64,000 nt of DNA from Actinomycetes bacterium (GTDB lineage Bacteria > Actinomycetota > Thermoleophilia > UBA2241): NCBI GenBank assembly GCA_029547745.1, contig JAKPOQ010000004.1, forward strand, positions 70,432 through 134,431. The letters are read 5' to 3'. Every line of letters starts with the position of its first letter. Position 1 is the first letter of the stretch. The notes beneath the pieces were generated by a model, which was not told the DNA's origin, searched no databases, and worked only from the letters and a program-made list of their open reading frames with translations. Below are positions 10,401 to 17,566 of this stretch, in pieces. Made by a program: the position numbers and the translations under genes.

Positions 10401-10493
10401 CCTGATGCCGTACACGCCGAGCAGGACGACGGCGACGACGATGAGGGCGACGATCGAACGGTTGCGCAGTGAGAGCTTGGTCAGCCAGCTCAA
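7407..10493 (-). CDS. RND efflux transporter permease (AcrB/AcrD/AcrF family, SwrC-like)
   Basis: 1028 aa; IGRVIDDSIVVIEN, GIVVTNAIVLLD, RLRPILMT motifs; TTG start with GGAGG. Confidence 0.95.
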   Translation of the reverse strand: MSWLTKLSLRNRSIVALIVVAVVLLGVYGIRSLKEELIPDLTFPYLTVVTVVPGASASDVDATVTTPIEQAIRATSDIKEYTSYSNEGMSITTIEYEFGTDMAAKQADVQAAVAAVQSALPENALESKVAALNINSLPVVQLAVSSDLPPRELAELLTTAVVPRLQEIDGVQAVTVSGAQERQLQIRLDPAKVLRLGVPLEGITTAITTANLTTGAGTVTSGSLVYPVTVRAEATTVAAFRDLVVATDDGNVKLGDIADVRILAKKPTAVTRTNGAESVGVSVVKTSDANTVDVANAVTDTIADLDQKLGDKVTLTTVLDQSTFIEESIASLWREGLIGAVFAVLVIWLFLHSWRSTLIAGLSIPLSIIAALALLWWRGESLNVLTLGGLTIAIGRVIDDSIVVIENAHRHLQEGDDVHAAAYGATREVARAITASTLTTVAVFLPLGFLHGLASEFFRPFAITVTFALLASLLVALTVVPVVATFVLSKGHVGHRDPAEVTRLQRLYLPVLKLAIDHKAMTLVAAVAIFVATMAGTTLLKTNLFDTSAAPTMSIDQKMPPGTSLDATLAAATKVEDVLADTRGIDIYQMTAGSTGSLFGAGGGIGASASSAVFTVQLDPEADKLAVIEDLRTRVADLQGIGEVTVRGEDASMGDMTAIEVRVTATDPAVLKKANDIALAAVKSVPVLADVSSNLSEGQPSATVTVDQAKAAAAGVDVTTLSRFSTLILNGFPLGSVPTEEGVLPAQLSVGEITLPPIPGAVTAMLERLSVPAAQGMVGLGDIATVEETMTPVQVTRVDSARTATITGAPTNNNIGAASTDTEAALAKVDLPDGATWEIAGAKTVMDEAFRTLGIAMVIAVLIVYVIMVVTFRSLLNPLILLVSIPFAVVGAVILMLVTGTSLGMPSLVGALMLIGIVVTNAIVLLDLVEQFRRRGMDARTAVIEGGRRRLRPILMTAVATILALLPMSLGLGESAFLSTPLAVVVIGGLFTSTILTLILVPVLYLALDKLRRRGPEEDWTIGTTLSD

Positions 10494-10561
10494 GGAAGGC
10501 CTCCTCCGGCACGGACGACGTCCCGCAGCCGCGCGACGTCAGCGACGTATCTTACAGAGTG

Positions 10562-10614
10562 GCGCGCGGGCCGCGCGACCCGCCGCGGGGCGGCGGGTCG
10601 CGCGGCCCGCGCGC
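10562..10614. terminator. 25-bp perfect GC-rich hairpin
   Basis: Arms 10562-10586 and 10590-10614 are exact reverse complements, downstream of the 10618 stop. Confidence 0.6.
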
Positions 10615-10617
10615 TCG

Positions 10618-11541
10618 TCACACGCCGGCGAGGGCGGCGAGGCGGTCGGCCACGGCGCGCAGGGGCTCGCGGAGCTGCAGCACCGCGAGCCAGCGCGCCG
10701 GGATGCCCGCCTCGCCATGCACAGCGCCGGCGAGGGCGCCGGTGATGGCGCCCACGGTGTCGGCGTCGTCGCCGAGGTTCACGACGGTGCAGAGGGCCTC
10801 CTCGAAGGTGGCGGCGCGGAGGTTCGCCCAGACCGCGGTACGCAGGCTGTCGACGACGAAGGCCGAGTTCTGGACCTCTTCCGGCTCGGCCGTCTCGGCC
10901 TCGAGCAACGCGGCGCTGATCCGGCGGTCCTCCTCCTCGAGGGACGCGGCGACCGCCGGCAGCCGCTCGCGCAGCCCGTCCTGCATGGCCGCCACGAGCA
11001 GATCGTTGAGGGCGACGCAGGCCCAGCCGGCGAGCGGGTCGAAGTGCGTCAGCATCGACTCGTCGAGGGAAGCTTTGCGGCGGCGTCCGGCGTCGCCGTA
11101 GTACAGGAGGGCCAGCGGCGCGCAGCGCATCAGGCTGCCGTTCGCGGCCACCGGATGGCCGAGGATCTCCCAGGCGCGCCGTGAGGCGAGGTCCCAGGGC
11201 GTGCCGGCCCGGTAGCTGAGGAGCACCGTGCGCACGGTGAGGCTGACGTCGCGCGGCCGCTGCTCGAACCAGTCGCGGTACCGGCGCATGACGTCCTCGG
11301 GATCGTGGGCCCCGTGTTCGGCCAGGCTCTCGGCCAGGCGCAGCGCCATGTCGGTCGCGTCGGTCGTCTGCCCTGGGGTGAGCTCGTGGCAGCCGCCGCC
11401 CACCATGTCGACGATGACGCCGTACCGCTCGACCACTTGCGCCGCTGAAAGGAACTCGGCCGGCGCGCCCAGGGCCTCGCCGACGGCGAGGCCGATGAGC
11501 GCGCCGCGAAAGCGGTCGCGAAGGTCAGGCGAGGAGGTCAC
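10618..11541 (-). CDS. ADP-ribosylglycohydrolase (DraG/ARH) family protein
   Basis: GEALGAPAEF, GQTTDAT, ANGSLMRCAP, LTH, GDDADTVGAITGALAGA. Confidence 0.9.
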   Translation of the reverse strand: MTSSPDLRDRFRGALIGLAVGEALGAPAEFLSAAQVVERYGVIVDMVGGGCHELTPGQTTDATDMALRLAESLAEHGAHDPEDVMRRYRDWFEQRPRDVSLTVRTVLLSYRAGTPWDLASRRAWEILGHPVAANGSLMRCAPLALLYYGDAGRRRKASLDESMLTHFDPLAGWACVALNDLLVAAMQDGLRERLPAVAASLEEEDRRISAALLEAETAEPEEVQNSAFVVDSLRTAVWANLRAATFEEALCTVVNLGDDADTVGAITGALAGAVHGEAGIPARWLAVLQLREPLRAVADRLAALAGV

Positions 11542-12886
11542 GGGCGACGCGCTCGAAGAAGAGCGCCTGGTAGGTCACGTCCCCGACGGCGATGCGTTCG
11601 TCCGGCATGTGGTCGCGGCCGCCCTGCATGGCGCGCAGGCTCTCTCCCGGGAAGGGGGCGAACCCGTACGCCACGCATCCCGGGAACGCCTCGCGGACCC
11701 AGCGTGAGTCGGTGAAGCTCGCCGACCACATGGGGGCGAGGACGGCGTCGGGCAGGTCGCGGCACAGCACGCGGGCGATGCTCTCGCTGAGCGCCGTCGG
11801 CGCCGGCGAGGCGTTAGGCTCGGTCACGTCGATCCACTCGAACCGCCAGTCGATGCCCAGGGGGTCCAGGACCTCCGCTACGAGGGCCCGCGTCTGTTCG
11901 AGGCTCATCCCCGGGAGGATGCGACAGTCGACGCCGGCCTCGGCGTGGGTGGGGATGACGTTGACGGCCTTGCTGGCCTCGAGGATGGTGGGAGTGAAGG
12001 TGACGCCTAGGAGCGGCTCGATGAGCCCGGCGACCTCGGGGTCGGCGCGCCGCAGGTCGCGCGCCGCCTCCCGCGCCGTCGCCGGGTCCTTGAGCCGCTC
12101 GCGCAGACCGTCTTCGACGAGAGCGTCGATCAACGCGGCGGTCATGGGCGACACGCTCGCGGGTGGGTCGTACAGCCCCAGGGCGACGACCGCCTTCGCC
12201 AGGTCGATGACCGCGCTGCGCTCCTTCTCGGGCACCGACCCGTGCCCGCCGGCCCCGCGGGTGCGGATGCGGAACTGCGCGAACGCCTTCTCGCCCACGG
12301 CGAGCAAGACCACCTTGCGCCCGTCGACCGGCAGCCACAGGCCGCCCATGCCCTCGTTGAGCAGGTAGTTGCACCGGATGAGCTCGGGGCGGTGCTCGCA
12401 GAGCCAGCGCACGCCGCAGTGCGTCCCGACCTCTTCGTCCACGCTGGCGATGTACACGACCGTCCCGGCGAAGTCGGCGCCCGAACGCGCCAGGTGGGCG
12501 ACGGCGACCGCCTCGGCGGCCACCTGGTTCTTCATGTCGGTCGCGCCGCAGCCCCAGACGTAACCGTCCTTCACGACGCCGGCGAACGGGGGCACCGACC
12601 ACTCGCCCTCGTCGGCGGGGACGACGTCCATGTGCCCCATGAGGACGAGCGTGGGGCCCGGGCGGGAGCCCTCCAGCCTGGCGACGAGGTTCTGGCGCTC
12701 GGGCAGCTCGCCCGTGAGCGTGGACGGTACGCCGTTCGCCGCCAGATAGTCCCTGAGGACGAGGGCGCAGGCGGTCTCGTCGCCGGGCGGGTTCGTGGTG
12801 TCGACGCGCAGGATGGAGGTGAACAGCTCGAGGACTTCGTCCTCGAGCCCCTTCCATTCCCGGTCGTCGAGTCCGTACGGGCTCAT
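11525..12886 (-). CDS. M20/M25/M40 family metallopeptidase/deacylase
   Basis: DTTNPPG, GHMDVVP, GATDMK, DEE, GGHGS, C-terminal H..DE; start placed at MSPYGLDD. Confidence 0.9.
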   Translation of the reverse strand: MSPYGLDDREWKGLEDEVLELFTSILRVDTTNPPGDETACALVLRDYLAANGVPSTLTGELPERQNLVARLEGSRPGPTLVLMGHMDVVPADEGEWSVPPFAGVVKDGYVWGCGATDMKNQVAAEAVAVAHLARSGADFAGTVVYIASVDEEVGTHCGVRWLCEHRPELIRCNYLLNEGMGGLWLPVDGRKVVLLAVGEKAFAQFRIRTRGAGGHGSVPEKERSAVIDLAKAVVALGLYDPPASVSPMTAALIDALVEDGLRERLKDPATAREAARDLRRADPEVAGLIEPLLGVTFTPTILEASKAVNVIPTHAEAGVDCRILPGMSLEQTRALVAEVLDPLGIDWRFEWIDVTEPNASPAPTALSESIARVLCRDLPDAVLAPMWSASFTDSRWVREAFPGCVAYGFAPFPGESLRAMQGGRDHMPDERIAVGDVTYQALFFERVARDLLA

Positions 12887-13017
12887 GGACAGCGTGCTCT
12901 GGGGAGGTGGCTGCACATCGTCTCTGCATGATAACGGCCTGTACGCACGGCTGCGAACCTCGTAGGCTTGTTCGGCAATGACGCGCGCGAGCACGATGCG
13001 AGACCGGAGGACGAGCC

Positions 13018-14208
13018 ATGCGGATCGCCGTCATCGGAGCAGGGGCCATGGGGCGCTGGGCGGTCAAGGAGCTGGGGGTCAGCCCACGCGTCGATGAGGT
13101 CGTCGTCGGCGACATCAATCCGGAGCAAGCTCGCGCCGTCGCCACCGTCCAGGGCGGCGACAAGGCGCGGCCCGTGACGGTCGACGCGAGCGACCAGGGG
13201 AGCGTCCAGGCCGTCATCGCGGGCTGCGACGCGGTCGTGAACGCGACGCAGCACTTCTGGAACATCACCGTCATGCATGCCGCCGCCGGCGCCGGGGTCC
13301 ACTACACCGACATGGGCGGGCTGTTCTACGTCACGAAGAGACAGCTCGAGCTGGACGACGAGTTCAGGAAGGCCGGCGTCACGGCCGTCATCGCCATGGG
13401 CGGCGCTCCCGGGGTGACCAATATCCTGGCGCGCTACGGCGCCGAGAGGCTCGACACGGTGGAGGAGGCGCACGCCTACTGCGGCAACGTCGACCACACC
13501 GACTGGAGCGGCTACAAGGGCTGGGTCGTGCCGTATTCGTTGGAGACGCTCTGCGACGAGTTCAGCGTCCCGGCGCCGCAGTTCGTCGACGGCGAGTGGG
13601 ACGAGAGCGTCATCGGCGGTGAAGGCGTCGCCGCGGTCGACTTCGGCGAGCCCGCCGGCACCCTCGAGGCCCATCACACGATCCATTCCGAGCCGGCCAC
13701 GTTCTGGCACGCGTGGAAGGACAAAGGCCTGAAGAGCGCCACGTTCCGTCTGTCGCTTCCCGAGGAGTTCACGGCTCAGATGCGCTTTCTGAACCGTATC
13801 GGCATGACGCGGACGGACGAGATCGAGGTCAAGGGCGGCAAGGTGCGGCCCCGCGACGTCCTTCTGAAGGTCGTCGCCGAGATCCCCAAGCCGGTGGGCG
13901 TCGTGCTCGACGACGTCGACTACCTGATGAGCGTCGTGCGCGGGACGAAGGACGGGCGCCGGCTCGAATGGCGCGTCCGCGCCATCGTGCCGGCGCACAA
14001 GGAGCACGGCGCCGGCGGGGGTGACGTCGACACCGGCATCCCGCCGGCGATCGTCGCCCAGATGATGGCCGCCGGCGAGATCGCCGGCCCGGGAGTCTAC
14101 GTGCCTGAGCAGATCGTGCCCTGCGAGCGCTTCTTCGCCGAGTTCGCACGCTGGGGCGCGACCGTCGACGCGCAGAGGCGCGAGATCGTCGCCGCGCCGG
14201 GAGTCTGA
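13018..14208 (+). CDS. saccharopine dehydrogenase family protein (second paralog)
   Basis: IGAGAMG, HYTDMGG, GGAPGVTN, HSE motifs; SD GGAGG. Confidence 0.85.
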   Translation: MRIAVIGAGAMGRWAVKELGVSPRVDEVVVGDINPEQARAVATVQGGDKARPVTVDASDQGSVQAVIAGCDAVVNATQHFWNITVMHAAAGAGVHYTDMGGLFYVTKRQLELDDEFRKAGVTAVIAMGGAPGVTNILARYGAERLDTVEEAHAYCGNVDHTDWSGYKGWVVPYSLETLCDEFSVPAPQFVDGEWDESVIGGEGVAAVDFGEPAGTLEAHHTIHSEPATFWHAWKDKGLKSATFRLSLPEEFTAQMRFLNRIGMTRTDEIEVKGGKVRPRDVLLKVVAEIPKPVGVVLDDVDYLMSVVRGTKDGRRLEWRVRAIVPAHKEHGAGGGDVDTGIPPAIVAQMMAAGEIAGPGVYVPEQIVPCERFFAEFARWGATVDAQRREIVAAPGV

Positions 14209-14260
14209 GGGCGGCGCGCCGCCCGGGACGCGCTTCGGCCTGCGGCCGCGGGTGACGGAC

Positions 14261-14301
14261 GGTCGGGGCGGGCGGCGCCCCAGGCGCCGCCCGCCCCGAC
14301 C
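14261..14301. terminator. 19-bp perfect hairpin between convergent genes
   Basis: ggtcggggcgggcggcgcc-cca-ggcgccgcccgccccgacc. Confidence 0.6.
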
Positions 14302-14316
14302 CCGCATTCGTCGCCG

Positions 14317-15318
14317 TCAGGCTGGGAGGAGGGTGCCCTGGGCGGCGTCGGCGGGCTCGCCACCCTCGCCGCCGGCCGGCGACCGCACGGCGTCTCCTGC
14401 GTCCTGCGGGACGGCGGTCGGTCTGGGGGCGCCGAGTAACTGGGTCATGCGCCGTGCGTTGCGTATGCCCCAGTCCTCGTAGTTGTTGTTGAACAGCACG
14501 TGGACGGTCCCGGCGCGGGCTTCGAGCTCGCGCACGCGCGGCACCCACTCCATGAGCTGCGCGTCGCTGTACAGGTACTTGAAGCGGTCCGAGGCGACGG
14601 TCGTGCGTGCCGCCCAGGTCGCCGCGTTGCGTCCGTGGAAGCGTACGTAGGCGAGGGGCGCCGTCGCGGCGACGACGGGCGGCGTGCTCGAGCGGAAGCC
14701 CTGGGGCTCGTCGACGGAGACGTACGCGAGCCCCTCGTCCTCGAGCAGCCGCAGCGTCGCCGCCGCGACGGCGCCGTCCATCCAGCCGCCGCCACGGAAC
14801 TCGACCGCGACGGTGATGCCCGGGAGCCGCTCCGGTATCTCGCGCAGGTAGCGTTCGTTGGCCGGACCGCGCACGAACCATGGAGGGAACTGGAACAGGA
14901 CGGCGCCGAGGCGTCCGGCCGCGCGCAGGGGCTCGAGCGCGACACGGTGGATCTCCCAAAGGCGCTCCATGGCGTCGTCGGCGAGGTCCCTGCGATACAC
15001 GCTGCGCTTCGCGCGCGCTTCGGGCCGGACGGCGGTGCGGAGCCAGCCGGGGAGCCGCTGCGCCTGCGCCGGGTGGCCCGTCAGCAGACCGTGCGCCTTG
15101 ACGTCGAACACGAAACCATCGGGGGTCCGCTCCACCCACAGGCGGCTGTTGCGCTCGCTCGGGGGGGCGTAGTACGTCGCGTCCACCTCGACCAGCGGGA
15201 ACTGCGTGGCGTAGTAGCGCAGACGGTCCGCGGCGCTGGTGACGCCGGTGGGGTAGAAGCGCCTGCAGGCGATCAGTGTCGGATCGGTCCAGGAACAACT
15301 GCCGACCAGGGTCGTCAT
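14317..15318 (-). CDS. DUF72 (YecE/YunF) family protein
   Basis: GSCSW, VEVDATYY, FDVKA, LFQFPPWF, AVEFR, YVRFHGRN, VLFNN. Confidence 0.92.
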   Translation of the reverse strand: MTTLVGSCSWTDPTLIACRRFYPTGVTSAADRLRYYATQFPLVEVDATYYAPPSERNSRLWVERTPDGFVFDVKAHGLLTGHPAQAQRLPGWLRTAVRPEARAKRSVYRRDLADDAMERLWEIHRVALEPLRAAGRLGAVLFQFPPWFVRGPANERYLREIPERLPGITVAVEFRGGGWMDGAVAAATLRLLEDEGLAYVSVDEPQGFRSSTPPVVAATAPLAYVRFHGRNAATWAARTTVASDRFKYLYSDAQLMEWVPRVRELEARAGTVHVLFNNNYEDWGIRNARRMTQLLGAPRPTAVPQDAGDAVRSPAGGEGGEPADAAQGTLLPA

Positions 15319-15380
15319 GGAAGAACCCCGCCTCCTCCGCCGGGGGTCGTCATGGAGGAACCCCGCCTCTTCCGCCGGGG
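15311..15380. repeat. 2 x 35-bp tandem duplication covering the DUF72 RBS and start codon
   Basis: 15311-15345 and 15346-15380 differ at 2 positions. Confidence 0.9.
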
Positions 15381-15609
15381 ACACGCTCAGCCGGCCCGTC
15401 TCGCCCGCGCGTAGTGTCAGAGACGTTCCCTTGCGGCCTTGTACTCCGGGCGACATCGTGACTATACTCGGTCGGCAAAGCTTAGTCGGCGCCAGGGTCT
15501 CTGAAGACCATGTCCTCTTGTCCGACGCGGCAGAGAGGTACCGAAGGGGGCGCCGCCGGTGGGCGGGCTGTCGAGTGTAGGGCCCGCCCTCCGTTCGTCC
15601 GCCGTCGCG

Positions 15610-15638
15610 TTGACCGTCCCCGAGCCGTTCCCTATACT
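15610..15638 (+). promoter_or_regulatory. sigma70 promoter for tRNA-Leu (TTGACC-17-TATACT)
   Basis: Near-consensus hexamers 12 nt upstream of the tRNA. Confidence 0.8.
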
Positions 15639-15650
15639 CTGCCTGCCTGT

Positions 15651-15739
15651 GTCGGAATGGCGGAATTGGTAGACGCGCTAGGTTGAGGGCCTAGTGAGGG
15701 CATAACCTCATGGGGGTTCAAGTCCCCCTTCCGACACCA
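15651..15739 (+). tRNA. tRNA-Leu(GAG)
   Basis: Acceptor gtcggaa/ttccgac+A+CCA; anticodon arm ctagg-ttGAGgg-cctag; long variable arm; T-loop gttcaagt. Confidence 0.97.
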
Positions 15740-15751
15740 CCCTCCCCGCGC

Positions 15752-16204
15752 TCACCCTTCACGGTCCGTTCGGACGTTGCGCCAGAGTGAGAGCCCCGTC
15801 TCGTCGTCGAAGGCGCGCTCGAGCGGCTCGCCGCCGGTCAGTTCGTCGAGGAACACCTCGCCCGCGAACACTGTGCACCCCTCGACGACGTGGCCGCCGA
15901 AGCACCGGCCGTCTTCGCCCGCGACGGCGGCGTGCGCGTGGACCGCGGTCGCCCCGTCGCGGCGCGACACGTTCCCCAGCAGGGAGACGAGTTCCAGTCG
16001 CTGGTCGAAGTCCCGCTCGCGGTACACGTGCGCGACCTGGTCGTACCACGCCAGTCGGGCGCGCTGCAGGGCGCCGACGGCGCGGACCTCGCCGACGAGC
16101 ACGCGGTGCTCGTCGGCGAGGTCCGCGATCGCCGCGAGCAGATCGGCGCCGAAGGGCAGGCGGGCGACGAAACGCCGGCCGCCGCTGGACTCGCGAGAAG
16201 GCAT
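15752..16204 (-). CDS. PPC/DUF296 domain protein
   Basis: ARLPFGADLL, GAL, ELVSLLGNV, VHAHAAV, FGGHV; SD AGGAGG. Confidence 0.88.
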   Translation of the reverse strand: MPSRESSGGRRFVARLPFGADLLAAIADLADEHRVLVGEVRAVGALQRARLAWYDQVAHVYRERDFDQRLELVSLLGNVSRRDGATAVHAHAAVAGEDGRCFGGHVVEGCTVFAGEVFLDELTGGEPLERAFDDETGLSLWRNVRTDREG

Positions 16205-16353
16205 CGTGCATCCTCCTGTCATGTCGATCCATGCGGTCGGCGGCAGTCTATCGCGCGGCGCGGTTGTCAAGAGGCGGGCGTGGGTATGAGCGCTGTGGAC
16301 GGCGGGTGGCGCCCGCGCGAGGCGGTGCGCCGCCGCAGACCGACGGAGGGGCC

Positions 16354-16656
16354 ATGAGCGAGACCCGTAACTTGCGTCATCCGGAGCCCGGCGAGAAGGA
16401 GGCTTGGCGGGAGGCGTTCGACGAGCTCGAGCTGCGCATGGACGCCCTGCGCCAGGCGTTTCTCGACGGGGCGCGCTCGTTCAACATGACCGACGAGATC
16501 GTGGAGCGCATCCACGCGCGGTTCGACGACCTGGGTGAGCAGGTCCACGCCATGCATTGCACGTACCCGTTCGGTGGCTGGCCGGGTCAGGAAGCCTGCC
16601 GGTTCGAGCCGCCGGTCGCATACGAGAGCGAGGCCGGCAGACCTGCCGGGGACTGA
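16354..16656 (+). CDS. hypothetical 100-aa helical protein
   Basis: SD GGAGG then ATG; MSETRNLRHPEPGEKEAWREAFDELE...; host-like codon usage. Confidence 0.7.
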   Translation: MSETRNLRHPEPGEKEAWREAFDELELRMDALRQAFLDGARSFNMTDEIVERIHARFDDLGEQVHAMHCTYPFGGWPGQEACRFEPPVAYESEAGRPAGD

Positions 16657-16691
16657 GTGGGCTTTGCCCGCGACCTTCGACAGCGAGGACG

Positions 16692-17447
16692 ATGGCCGCC
16701 AACGTCGAGGCTGAGATCCGTGGCGGGGTGTGCATCGTGCGCTGTGCCGGCGACGACGGCGACGAGCTCGTGCGTTCGCTCGACGACGAGCTTACACGCT
16801 GCCGCTCCGCCGGGGCGCACGACGTGGTCGTCGACCTGCAGCCCGCGGCAGGGATCGACGCGGGTGCGGTCGCCGTCCTGAGCAGGGCGGCACATGCCTT
16901 CCATGACGCCGGCGGCGAGTTCGTCGTCATCTGCGAGGACCGTGATCTGCGCGAGCGCCTCGCCGCGGCGGGGCTCAGCGGCGCCCCTTCCGGGGCGTCG
17001 GCCGGCCCCGCCCTCGAGGGCGCCGAACATGTGGCGCTGCCGGACCGACCGCGCTGGCAGTTCGAGTTCAGCTTTCCCGCAGACTGCCACGAGCTGCCGA
17101 ACGCGCGCCGTCGCATCGTCGCCCTGGCCGAGATCTGCGGCATGGAGGGAACGCCGCTCTTCGAGCTCCACGTCGCCGCGGGGGAGGCGCTCGCGAACGC
17201 GTTCCGACACGGTTCGCCGCAGGGCGCCGACGACGACATCACGGTGCGCTTTTTCTGCTATCCGGACGAGGTGGCCGTCGAGGTGGGCGACCGCGGCGCC
17301 GGCATGGATGCGGCGCCGATCTGCGCGCCCGAGCCGACGCAGGCAGCGGGGCGCGGCATCCACTTCATGCGCACCATGGCCGACGACGTCCTCTTCGCCT
17401 GCGGCCCGACGGGGACCCGGGTCCTGCTCACGAAGAAGCTTCGCTGA
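16692..17447 (+). CDS. STAS (anti-anti-sigma-like) + HATPase_c (RsbW-like anti-sigma kinase) fusion
   Basis: N-terminal VVVDL...GIDAGAVAVL STAS pattern; C-terminal EALANAFRHG, DRGAG, GRGIHFM, GTRV boxes. Confidence 0.8.
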   Translation: MAANVEAEIRGGVCIVRCAGDDGDELVRSLDDELTRCRSAGAHDVVVDLQPAAGIDAGAVAVLSRAAHAFHDAGGEFVVICEDRDLRERLAAAGLSGAPSGASAGPALEGAEHVALPDRPRWQFEFSFPADCHELPNARRRIVALAEICGMEGTPLFELHVAAGEALANAFRHGSPQGADDDITVRFFCYPDEVAVEVGDRGAGMDAAPICAPEPTQAAGRGIHFMRTMADDVLFACGPTGTRVLLTKKLR

Positions 17448-17566
17448 CGGTCGTCGCGTCGTGTGTGCCGAACGGGCCCGCGCGGCATCCTGTGGGAAGG
17501 GCGCCGCGGCGGGGTCCTGACGGGACGGTCTACGGCGGCCGCGGGACGGAAGGGTAGAATCGGGGC

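Noticed and set aside
7407-10493. RND pump lacking adaptor and outer-membrane factor genes
   Set aside because: Normal for monoderm SwrC-like RND proteins.
15311-15380. 35-bp repeat as a CRISPR array
   Set aside because: Only two abutting copies, no spacer, no cas genes in the window.
15651-15760. tRNA-Leu as integration site of a genomic island
   Set aside because: No integrase and no duplicated tRNA 3' end seen in the window.
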